47,865 nt of DNA from an uncultured Candidatus Sericytochromatia bacterium. GTDB lineage: Bacteria > Cyanobacteriota > Sericytochromatia > UBA7694 > JACMQJ01. Positions 1-8,878 of this stretch are shown here, piece by piece. Where the stretch lies: the NCBI GenBank assembly GCA_964422885.1, contig CAYRDV010000002.1, forward strand, positions 1-47,865, written 5' to 3'. The notes beneath the pieces were generated by a model. It was not told the DNA's origin and searched no databases. It saw only the letters and a program-made list of their open reading frames with translations. Within the stretch, counting starts at the first letter, position 1. Each line of letters starts with the position of its first letter. The position numbers and the translations under genes were made by a program.

Positions 1-3000
1 ATATTTTTAGGTTTTGTTCCATCATGGGATATTTCCAGTGATGTTTCTATTTCTACTGAATTAATCTTAAATTGTTTCACTGAGAATGTACCTGTTTTAT
101 TCTGATTATCATTATAGGGATAAGTATCACTTGCACCCCAATACCTGTCACCAACAACATTTCGATAAACTTCATCGCCATCTTTTAATAATGAGAAACC
201 ATAAGAATAAGTTCCTGAAGGGTTTACAACCTCTAACATCAGTTTTTCTGTTGCCAGATTAAAGAAAGGACTTAATCTGAATAATTTAAGGTTGGTCGTA
301 TCTGAATTGCTGGCTATTTTTTCCCATGAGTTATTGTTGTATCTGTATACATTTAAAGTATCTCCTGGGCTAACATTGAATAGCTTTATTTTCCAATCTG
401 CTGATGATTGTAATAAGCCATTTTCTTTATTGATAGGCATATTTACCTGATATTCAGGCACATCATTGGAAGAATGATTACTATTATTAAAAGCACCAAA
501 AGAATTGATCTTTCCTGCTACATCTCTGAGTATCAGTTGGTTTCCTTTTTTAAGTTCAACGCCCCAGGTGGTTCCACCGCTGAAATTTTTTACTTCAAAT
601 GCAAATGTGCTGTTTCCTGATGGCAGTAAATTTGTAATATTTTCCTCTTTTACTTCTCCACGGTTGACTCCAGCTATACTTACTCCGCTTAAAAGATAGG
701 AATTTATGAAGTCATCTGCGTTAAATAGGGTTAATGTCCAATCTCCACTGTTTGGGTTAGAGCCAGCGCTTGCTATCCAGAAGGTTTCAGTATTGTTTAC
801 TCCTTTAACAAAATTACTTGTATCATTTCCCTGAAAAGCAACTTCGTAATTCTTTGTCATCCCATCAGTTTGAATATTATTTAATGGGTCTCCATCCTTA
901 ATTGCTAATGCTGGATCAAATATAACTTTGGCAGATGTTCCATATTTGTTTAGATCTTTTCTTTCAATTTTTAATTTATAAAATTCCTCTTTTGCCTCAC
1001 TGATATTCCTGTATTTAAAAACTAGATATGGAGTTACATTCAGAGCAATTAAACTAACTCCTTTTAGTTCAATTTCATAACCTTTTTTGAGTCTTCGGTC
1101 TGTAACAATTGTTGGAGGTGTAGTTGATCTATCAGTTACTGTAATGTAATCAGATAAAGCAGCATCGATTACAGAGCCTATCTTATACTCAGTTACATCT
1201 AATGCTTCATAGTTAGATTTTGTATAAGAGCCTTTTGTAACTTTATCATCCCAACCAATAACTTTTACAATATCACCTGCTTTGTGAGGATTACTGTCTG
1301 AATGATATAAAGTTTTTGCTGTAGTTGGACCATTAAATATAATACTTTGACTATTATTATCTGTATTATTTACCGAACCTACCAGTATTCCGATACCAAG
1401 CTCTTTTGCTGCAAATGTTTCATAGTAGCGCGGGTCATTGGCATCATTCTGATTTTCACTACAAAGATTAATGGCTTTCTCAATGGCTGCCTGTGCATTT
1501 ATTAATTTTCTTGGGGTATTGAATTTTCCACTGGGATCTGTCATCATAGCTACATGCTGGCTTACATCTATACTTTCTCCACTGATCTTGCTGGTAGTAT
1601 GAAGAATATCTTCTATTTCTTCAGGAGAAAGGTCTGGGTTTCTTGAAAGCATGAGACTAACGATTCCAGCAGTGAAGGGTGTTCCGCTTGAAGTGCCGCC
1701 ATAGTTTACTAAAGTATAATTATTTGTTTTAGAGTCTTTATCATAAGAAGAAACCTTCAAGCCACCCCAGGGAGCCCAAACAGTATATTCGCCAAAGTTT
1801 GTACCTTTACCATTGAAATATGAGTTATTATTAACATCAAATGCCGCTTTTAGATTACCACTTGCATCAAGATCTGCTGCACTTACAACAATTACTCCAC
1901 TTATAGGATCTAATCGTCCATTTACCCATTTATCTATATTTTCTCCATAATTATGGGCTGCTACAATTATAGGGAATTTTTTACCTGTACTGTTGTTACC
2001 ACTTACAGAATCTTTTATTTCATCTTCAAACGATTTATGACCTGAAAAAATACTTACAATTGGTTCACCTATACCATTGCCAAATGCATCCAGGCCTGTA
2101 ACAGGAAAATTTTGATTAACTGTAATAAATCTGGCATTATGATTTCTTGCTTCTTTTACTGCTGAAGCAGCATCCCAGATTTGGTTATAAAGGTATGGTA
2201 TTACTTCTGAACTTGGAGAAACCCCTACAGTTTTTATACCATTGTCTCTTTCTGCAAAAGCAACCATTAATCCTCTATGCCCATGTGTGTTAATAGGATA
2301 TATTCCAGTAACAGGATCATTTTTTGATTCTAAAATATCAATTTTATTTCTGTCACATGTTGGGAAACAACCAGTTTGATTATTCTGCATATTCATTTTT
2401 ATTCTTCTGGTTATTTCAGGATGGTCTTTATTAAATCCCTTATCAATATATGCTGCTAAAACACCTGTTCCTATTGAATAGTTCCATGCCTCCAATACTT
2501 TTGCTTTTTTTAATCCCCAACTTGGATTTGGTTGGTCATCCTCCCAATCTTTGAAAGATGTAACCGGAGCAATAGGTTCCTCATCAAAAAGAATATTAGC
2601 ATTAACTGCAACAACTTTTTCCCGGTAATTGAGCAAAAAATCAAGAGCTATAACGAAAGTTTTTAATGAATTAAGCGATGAAAATTCAATACTTTGGATT
2701 TCTTCAGGGATTCCCTTGTTAAGCTCTTTAAGTAAACTTTCTATTTTATTTACCGGGCTTTTATTAAGATCAATTTTTAATTTATAAAAGCCATCCATCT
2801 CTGCTAAGATTTCTGCATTATATAAAGATTGAAATGTAGATAACCCATCAGGAGAATTAAATTTGAGTATTAATACTCCTGGCTCAAATTTGACCTCATC
2901 TTTTCCATTTACAAGTAGAGAAGAAATATTTGTACCTATCTCTGGTATGACTATATCCCCGTTATAGGCTTCAAGAGCCCCCAGGCTTTCAATAGTCCCG

Positions 3001-3359
3001 TCAAAAATATTGATATCGCCTGCTTTTACATGCTGTTCATGAGTTCCGTGATTTCCAAGTTGAATTTTATTTTTTCTTAAAGGTACTTCAAAAGATTCAA
3101 CTTTAAAAACCTTTGAATCCTGAGTATTTTTGTTTAATAGCCCGGTATTAATTGCAAGCTTGATATCACCATTATAAGGAATTTTATGTTTAAATTTTTC
3201 TCTGAGCTTTCTTTCATAAAGCCTGTCAGCCTCTGCGGCTGACATACCTGTAGAAAACCCTGATTTTTTTATTGTTGAATTAATAATACCTGGAGGAAGG
3301 CAGGATGTTAAAGCTATAAATATTGAAACTGCGATTAAGTTTGAAAAGTTAAATTTCAT
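1..3359 (-). CDS. S8 (subtilisin-like) serine peptidase lipoprotein, 3' end cut by window edge
   Basis: Absent from the ORF track because it has no stop in the window. My translation from ATG 3359..3357 (MKFNFSNLIAVSIFIALTSC, lipobox) stays open down to nt 3. Subtilase His motif NTHGHRGLMVAFA lies near 2288 and Ser motif GGTSSGTPFTAGIVSLM near 1700. ATGA overlap with the stop of the upstream NHL gene (3356-3359). Confidence 0.8.
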   Translation of the reverse strand, partial: MKFNFSNLIAVSIFIALTSCLPPGIINSTIKKSGFSTGMSAAEADRLYERKLREKFKHKIPYNGDIKLAINTGLLNKNTQDSKVFKVESFEVPLRKNKIQLGNHGTHEQHVKAGDINIFDGTIESLGALEAYNGDIVIPEIGTNISSLLVNGKDEVKFEPGVLILKFNSPDGLSTFQSLYNAEILAEMDGFYKLKIDLNKSPVNKIESLLKELNKGIPEEIQSIEFSSLNSLKTFVIALDFLLNYREKVVAVNANILFDEEPIAPVTSFKDWEDDQPNPSWGLKKAKVLEAWNYSIGTGVLAAYIDKGFNKDHPEITRRIKMNMQNNQTGCFPTCDRNKIDILESKNDPVTGIYPINTHGHRGLMVAFAERDNGIKTVGVSPSSEVIPYLYNQIWDAASAVKEARNHNARFITVNQNFPVTGLDAFGNGIGEPIVSIFSGHKSFEDEIKDSVSGNNSTGKKFPIIVAAHNYGENIDKWVNGRLDPISGVIVVSAADLDASGNLKAAFDVNNNSYFNGKGTNFGEYTVWAPWGGLKVSSYDKDSKTNNYTLVNYGGTSSGTPFTAGIVSLMLSRNPDLSPEEIEDILHTTSKISGESIDVSQHVAMMTDPSGKFNTPRKLINAQAAIEKAINLCSENQNDANDPRYYETFAAKELGIGILVGSVNNTDNNSQSIIFNGPTTAKTLYHSDSNPHKAGDIVKVIGWDDKVTKGSYTKSNYEALDVTEYKIGSVIDAALSDYITVTDRSTTPPTIVTDRRLKKGYEIELKGVSLIALNVTPYLVFKYRNISEAKEEFYKLKIERKDLNKYGTSAKVIFDPALAIKDGDPLNNIQTDGMTKNYEVAFQGNDTSNFVKGVNNTETFWIASAGSNPNSGDWTLTLFNADDFINSYLLSGVSIAGVNRGEVKEENITNLLPSGNSTFAFEVKNFSGGTTWGVELKKGNQLILRDVAGKINSFGAFNNSNHSSNDVPEYQVNMPINKENGLLQSSADWKIKLFNVSPGDTLNVYRYNNNSWEKIASNSDTTNLKLFRLSPFFNLATEKLMLEVVNPSGTYSYGFSLLKDGDEVYRNVVGDRYWGASDTYPYNDNQNKTGTFSVKQFKINSVEIETSLEISHDGTKPKN

Positions 3360-4453
3360 TTATTTTCCTCCATTTTAATACGACTTATATTTGATTTATG
3401 TGGGTTTAATATATAAAGGAATTTATTTTTATTATCAATTGCTAATTTAACATCTTCATCAAGATAGGTATTTATTAAAACTGTCATTTTTCCTTCAGGA
3501 GACACTTTATAAATAGCACTTGTACCAGCAAAATCATCGCTCATTGGTAGAGATACAAAAGGATCTCCAAAATATACATTATCCTTATCATCTATAGCTA
3601 TTCCTGTTGTTTCTGCCAGATTATTTGAATTTAGCTTTGGTTTTATGTTATTTAGAAAATCAATTAATTCACCATCAGGAGTTATTTTAGTTATTTTCTT
3701 ATAAAAAGAACTAAATTCATGGATTACATATAAATAATTCTTACTATCTATAGCAATATCATAAATTTCATCGTTACTACTATCAACCGCAATATTACTA
3801 CCATTTTTATAATTTAACTCTTCTGCAATTCCATTCCTGATTCTATAAATTTTACTATAACTAACTATATACAAATAATCATTTTTATCTATAGCTATTG
3901 CTTTGGGGTAAAATGTAAAATCAACTAATTCTTTATCTTCTGGACTTTTTTGTATTTTTATTTTTAATGTTGTTACTTCTCCTTCGGAAGTTATTTTTCT
4001 GATTTTACTATCATATATAGTTTCAACAGTTTTTCTTCCTTCAGAATTAATTTTTTCTATTACACTATTACTTGCGTCTGCAACATAAAGATTCTCATTG
4101 CTATCAATGTCTATACCTACAGGATTTTTAAATCGTGCCTCTGTTCCCTTTCCATCCTGAAATCCAAATTCTCCATTACCAGCAAAGCTTGTAACTTTTC
4201 CTTCAGGGGTTACTTTTCTTATTCTCGCTCTATCAGTTACATATAAATTACCCTCTTTACCAATAGTCGCATTATCAACTCCCCAAAACCTAGCTTCAGT
4301 CCCAATCCCATCTTTAAAACCAGATTTATCTTTATCATCATATTTACCACTTCCACCAGCAAAAATAGGTAACTCTATATACTTAGTTCCACAATTCATA
4401 ATCAAGAATGCAAATATTGAAACTACTATTAAGTTAGTAAATTTAATTTTCAT
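3356..4453 (-). CDS. NHL-repeat beta-propeller lipoprotein
   Basis: 365 aa with signal peptide and lipobox (FLIMNCG). Repeated NHL-like units (GTEARF..P.GIDID..NLYVAD..N..I.KI...G). Confidence 0.8.
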   Translation of the reverse strand: MKIKFTNLIVVSIFAFLIMNCGTKYIELPIFAGGSGKYDDKDKSGFKDGIGTEARFWGVDNATIGKEGNLYVTDRARIRKVTPEGKVTSFAGNGEFGFQDGKGTEARFKNPVGIDIDSNENLYVADASNSVIEKINSEGRKTVETIYDSKIRKITSEGEVTTLKIKIQKSPEDKELVDFTFYPKAIAIDKNDYLYIVSYSKIYRIRNGIAEELNYKNGSNIAVDSSNDEIYDIAIDSKNYLYVIHEFSSFYKKITKITPDGELIDFLNNIKPKLNSNNLAETTGIAIDDKDNVYFGDPFVSLPMSDDFAGTSAIYKVSPEGKMTVLINTYLDEDVKLAIDNKNKFLYILNPHKSNISRIKMEENK

Positions 4454-4574
4454 ATTTTTTCTCCAGTTTGATACGGTTTATATTTGATTTATGAGGATTA
4501 ATTAGATAAAGTATTTTATTCTCAGTTGTCATTTTTATATCCTCATCTATATTACTTGCATAATGTATTACCAT
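4443..4574 (-). pseudogene. Decayed duplicate of the 3' end of the NHL-repeat gene
   Basis: 43-codon ORF MVIHYASNIDEDIKMTTENKILYLINPHKSNINRIKLEKKYEN. It mirrors the C-terminus of the adjacent protein (..LDEDVKLAIDNKNKFLYILNPHKSNISRIKMEENK). DNA 4454-4575 visibly aligns with 3361-3480. Confidence 0.55.
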
Positions 4575-4583
4575 AATAAATTC

Positions 4584-5594
4584 CTAAAACCTCCGAATTG
4601 CTGTGCCAAACGGGGTTGAGTAGCTTATGACGTGACTTGTAAGTTTTTGAAATTCTTTATAATCTGGAATATGAATAATAGATTCATAAACAATATTTCC
4701 AGTCGTATCCTTTGATATTACAGTACTATGTCCCCAGGAAAATCTAGAATCAATTTTTGAAAAGCTAAACTTGTAAAATACAGGAAAGTTTTTTCCTTTT
4801 ATTTTAATAGCAATAGGTGTTTCTTTGTTGAGTTTTTTAAAATCATCTTCATCATGAGCAACTTTAAAAGCAAGCTCATCTTTATCTTTATATAAGTCTT
4901 TTACCTTTAATATCTTTATTTCTTCAATTACCGGAGATAAACTTGTTTTTGGTGTTTCTGGATTACCAAACCTGATTAATGTATCAGTTATCTCTTTATC
5001 CTTTGATATGATGCTTAACTTATGAAGCCCTAACAGGTAATAATCACTTACAGCATGAGTTTTTACTTTTACCTTAATTTCATCTCTTGTTGCCGAAACA
5101 GGTTCAAGTAATATTGAATCATCAATCAATATTTTTGTTTTTGGGTTATCTTCGCTAGTATAAGAAAGTTGTAAAAGATTTGGCTCATTTTTAAAAAATA
5201 TATATGGTGCAGCTATAACATCATCATTAAATTTACCTTTGATACTTATTACAGTTTCATTTTCATTTGAATAATCAGGTTTTATAAATCCTATTCCTTT
5301 TTGATCTATCTGTTCACCAGTAGAAGAAATAATAACCTTATCAATTACAATTTTTGAGTGTTTTTTTAGAAAATATTTAAACCATGATTTTATTTCTTCT
5401 TTATAATCTTTTTTATCTTTATCAAAAGATTTTAAATCCAAAGTTTCAAATGAAAGCCTTGTATCAGCAGTTATTTTATCAGGGATTAAGTAATCTTCAG
5501 CACTTTTAAATTTTTTCGTATCTGAAATTACATTCCCACAATTAGCTAAAGATAATGCTATAAATATTGTGGATAAAATCCTTAAAAGCTTCAT
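4584..5594 (-). CDS. Lipoprotein of unknown function
   Basis: 336 aa, ATG start, signal peptide with lipobox (ALSLANCG). No motif recognised. Confidence 0.7.
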   Translation of the reverse strand: MKLLRILSTIFIALSLANCGNVISDTKKFKSAEDYLIPDKITADTRLSFETLDLKSFDKDKKDYKEEIKSWFKYFLKKHSKIVIDKVIISSTGEQIDQKGIGFIKPDYSNENETVISIKGKFNDDVIAAPYIFFKNEPNLLQLSYTSEDNPKTKILIDDSILLEPVSATRDEIKVKVKTHAVSDYYLLGLHKLSIISKDKEITDTLIRFGNPETPKTSLSPVIEEIKILKVKDLYKDKDELAFKVAHDEDDFKKLNKETPIAIKIKGKNFPVFYKFSFSKIDSRFSWGHSTVISKDTTGNIVYESIIHIPDYKEFQKLTSHVISYSTPFGTAIRRF

Positions 5595-5746
5595 ATATAG
5601 ATAACTCCTGTTTTAATCAAAATGTATAATTTATTTGAAACTTAAATTATAAACTTGTTGATAGTTTTATATCATTGCAAACATAAAATGGTATTAGGCA
5701 CTAAAATACCAAAAACTATACTACTTCCATGTAAATATGGTTAAAT

Positions 5747-5790
5747 TTATTTGATTATTTGATTATTTGATTATTTGATTATTTGATTAT
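5747..5790. repeat. Tandem 8-bp repeat (TTATTTGA) x5.5
   Basis: Read directly: ttatttga repeated five times plus ttat. It sits about 150 bp upstream of the 4584..5594 start in a 511-bp intergenic region. Confidence 0.9.
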
Positions 5791-6105
5791 ACTATAACGA
5801 ATAATTTTTACATATAGGATTATTATTAAAAATCAGTTAATTTTTATAGAGTTTTCATTTTAATTAGGGAATAAGAAAGATTCTGGACAAGCCAGAACGA
5901 CAAGTTTTAGCTTATAAATATTTTGCTATATAAACAAACTTTGCTATAGAATAATTTTAATTTGAAAATAAGTTTTAACTGGTAGAAATGATGCTTTTAA
6001 ATTATTTTTTGACCACCCCAAAAACTTTTAACCTCATAAATAATCAGTAATCGAAAAGCTACCAATCAATGCTAAATTGGTTGAAAGCTATTTCTGATTA
6101 AGGAT

Positions 6106-8856
6106 TTATTTTGCAGTTCTGAAGCCGATATAATTGCTCCTGTTGGCAGGAGAACTATAGAACCTGGAATAAGATTTCATGGAATCATTTATTTTTGCAG
6201 TTTCATTTTCAAATGCCGGGTGATTATACCATGAACCTCCCCTGAGTGACTTGGAGCCACCTATTCCAGGCCCCTGTGGATTATCAGAAGGGCCATTACT
6301 GTAATATTTGTCATTATACCAGTCATTTACCCACTCATAAGCGTTTCCTGACATATCTCTCAAGCCAAAATAACTATCTCCACCAGTAAACGAACCAACA
6401 TCAGCGGTATATTGAAAACCATCTTCTTTTCCAAGCGTTCCAAAGAATCCGTTCGCTTTTTTATTGCCACCGGAAGCTTCATCACCTCCCCAAGGATATA
6501 TTCTTTCATCTTTGCCTCTGGAAGCATATTCCCATTCAGCTTCAGTTGGCAATCTTCTACCTTTATACCGGGCAAATGCTTCTGCTTCATACCAGCTTAC
6601 TCCAACAACAGGCTGATTTGGACGGTTAAACCTGGTATCATTCCAATACAAAGGTTCCATCACATCATTATCAGTTTTCCATTGCCAACCTTCAACAGAC
6701 CACAAACACTGATTACTATAACCACTACCACTAACAAAACTTGAAAACTGACTATTTGTAATTTCATTACGATCAATCAAGAAATCACGAAGTGACACTT
6801 TATGTTTTGGATCAAAGTCATCGTCATCATCTCCATCATGTCCCATATTAAATTCTTTTACAGCTTGGATATAAACCATACCATTAGTGTCAGGGCTGGT
6901 ACTGCTACAGTTTGCATCAGTTGCTCCGGTTGTCAGGCTAAAATAATTTGTACTGGTTTCAGAACCTTTTGAAGAACTTACTGTTACCAGATACAAATCT
7001 ACACCTGCAATATCAGGAAAATCTACAGTTAAAGAAGTTGATGAACCTATAGCAAGATTTGAACCACTAAATACATGGCCTGTTTTGAGATTTTTAAAGC
7101 TTACTGACAAATCGGATGAACTATTAAAATTATTCCCGCTAATAGTTATAGATGTACTCTTTGCCCCTGATGTTGGAGAAAAGGATGAGATGCTTGGCCT
7201 TGAATCGAAACTGGCTTTGCTGAAATAAAAGAAATTATTGTGGATATTATTTCCTTTGGAAGTCTTGACCATTATTTTAGAGTTTGTAGATGAAGAACTA
7301 ACATCAGGAACTTTCGCTTTAATTTCTTCTTTTTTTACAGAGACATCTGCATTAGGAACTTTTACATCATTAAACCATACTTCAGTAGCTCCTGGATTTT
7401 CATCAAAATTTGTTCCTTTAATTACCACAACAGTGCCTTTTGTTCCTGATGCCGGACTAAAGGAATCTATCCTTGGGCCTTCACCAGTATCTGAATGAAC
7501 AACTTTTATAGTAATCACTTTTGTTGTTTTGGTAAGATCGTCTGTTGCTTTTGCAACAATAGTAGCAGTCTTTTCAGATGAGCCATCAGTAATACTTAAT
7601 GCATTGACTGAACCACCTCCGACATTAACAACAGTACTATCTGAGGTTTCCCATGTAATACTCTGATTTTCAGTATCATCTTCCATAATAACAATTGCTT
7701 TCAGATTAATATTTTGACCTTCACCAAGATATATTATGTCAGGAACCATAGTGCCATTTTCCAAATCCTCAAATTCTATTGAACGAACACCAATATTTTC
7801 TTTAACTAAGGTTAGAATATCATTAGGTCCAACATCAATTGTAGAAGAAAAATCTTCTTTATTAGAAACAATAACTTTACCATCGGTAACATTGATAAAC
7901 CTTTTTATAAAGAAATTTTTACCATCATCAGAGCCGCTGATTCTCATTTCCCACTTACCAGAACTAAGGTCTTCTATAGTTGTTGTTTCATCAGCAGTAT
8001 TGTCAATATTTTTGGCAGTTAGATCATTTATTGTAATTTTGAAATTTTTTAAAAGAGTTCCTGCTCCATTATCAACTCTGATTCTTAGTTTACCTTTTAT
8101 TTCTTTATCCAGCTTCCCGGTTTTATATGAAGGAACATATTCATCTGGACTATGACCGGAAACATAAAAACCCGGTACATATTTTGGATCATCAGCATGA
8201 TCTTCAAAATCGCTAATAATCGAATCAATATTCACAAAAGAAGGATGAACACCACCATAAGAATTGGTGTTTGGATCATAACCTGTAATATCTCCCATCA
8301 GAGTTTCAAATTTTTTAAACTCATTTACCTGAGCAAATTTTCTTACTTTTTTGTCAGAATTTTCCATTAACCTTTTCAATAACATTGCCAGCGGAAAAGT
8401 ACCATAATTAATTTTTAGGGTAGTATTTGTTCCGGCAACAATATTAGTCGCAGCCATAAATTTTGTCAGGGTAACATCATTACTGTCTCTTGATTCAATC
8501 GAAATTACTTTGTTATTGCCCTCATTTATAGCAATTTCAATAAATTCGCTTGAATTAACCTTATCAGTAATTTTTTCCAATGTTGGTAAAACATTACCAG
8601 CTTCATCAACACTATAAACACTTACTTTAATATTTTGAACATTACCGCTATTAAAATCAAATTTCTTTACTGAGAATTTCTGTTTGCCAGGATTTAAAAT
8701 ATCTTTCAGATTTATTCTTAAAATACCCTGCCGGGTCTTAGATTGAATCTGCTGATCAGGTTTTAAAGAAATTGGCGAAATATTCTCGGAACAAGCTACT
8801 ACAGAAATAGCCAAACTAACTGATAGTAGTAGTTTCGGAAAGTTTTTTATTTTCAT
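6106..8856 (-). CDS. Lipoprotein with Big2 and 2x IPT/TIG Ig-like domains and a C-terminal FGE-sulfatase (SUMF1) fold domain
   Basis: 916 aa, lipobox (SVVACSEN). Big2-like ITWETSDSTVVNV. IPT/TIG-like GPRIDSFSPASGTKGTVVVIKGTNF and PSISSFSPTSGAKSTSITISGNNF. FGE hallmarks PVVGVSWYEAEAFARYKGRRLPTEAEWEYASRG and RGGSW. Confidence 0.85.
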   Translation of the reverse strand: MKIKNFPKLLLSVSLAISVVACSENISPISLKPDQQIQSKTRQGILRINLKDILNPGKQKFSVKKFDFNSGNVQNIKVSVYSVDEAGNVLPTLEKITDKVNSSEFIEIAINEGNNKVISIESRDSNDVTLTKFMAATNIVAGTNTTLKINYGTFPLAMLLKRLMENSDKKVRKFAQVNEFKKFETLMGDITGYDPNTNSYGGVHPSFVNIDSIISDFEDHADDPKYVPGFYVSGHSPDEYVPSYKTGKLDKEIKGKLRIRVDNGAGTLLKNFKITINDLTAKNIDNTADETTTIEDLSSGKWEMRISGSDDGKNFFIKRFINVTDGKVIVSNKEDFSSTIDVGPNDILTLVKENIGVRSIEFEDLENGTMVPDIIYLGEGQNINLKAIVIMEDDTENQSITWETSDSTVVNVGGGSVNALSITDGSSEKTATIVAKATDDLTKTTKVITIKVVHSDTGEGPRIDSFSPASGTKGTVVVIKGTNFDENPGATEVWFNDVKVPNADVSVKKEEIKAKVPDVSSSSTNSKIMVKTSKGNNIHNNFFYFSKASFDSRPSISSFSPTSGAKSTSITISGNNFNSSSDLSVSFKNLKTGHVFSGSNLAIGSSTSLTVDFPDIAGVDLYLVTVSSSKGSETSTNYFSLTTGATDANCSSTSPDTNGMVYIQAVKEFNMGHDGDDDDDFDPKHKVSLRDFLIDRNEITNSQFSSFVSGSGYSNQCLWSVEGWQWKTDNDVMEPLYWNDTRFNRPNQPVVGVSWYEAEAFARYKGRRLPTEAEWEYASRGKDERIYPWGGDEASGGNKKANGFFGTLGKEDGFQYTADVGSFTGGDSYFGLRDMSGNAYEWVNDWYNDKYYSNGPSDNPQGPGIGGSKSLRGGSWYNHPAFENETAKINDSMKSYSRFYSSPANRSNYIGFRTAK

Positions 8857-8878
8857 AATTAGTTATACCTTTTAATTT

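Noticed and set aside
505-699. 64-aa plus-strand ORF inside the first 3.3 kb
   Set aside because: It lies antisense within the long open S8 peptidase frame. Its composition is low-complexity (F/S/P/L-rich), as expected from reading an AT-rich gene backwards.
5747-5790. Possible CRISPR-like or other spaced repeat arrays (also the ACGGAT arrays at 42863, 45181 and 47678)
   Set aside because: The repeat units are 8-10 bp with no unique spacers of CRISPR size, and no cas genes are present. They are tandem or phased short motifs, not CRISPR.
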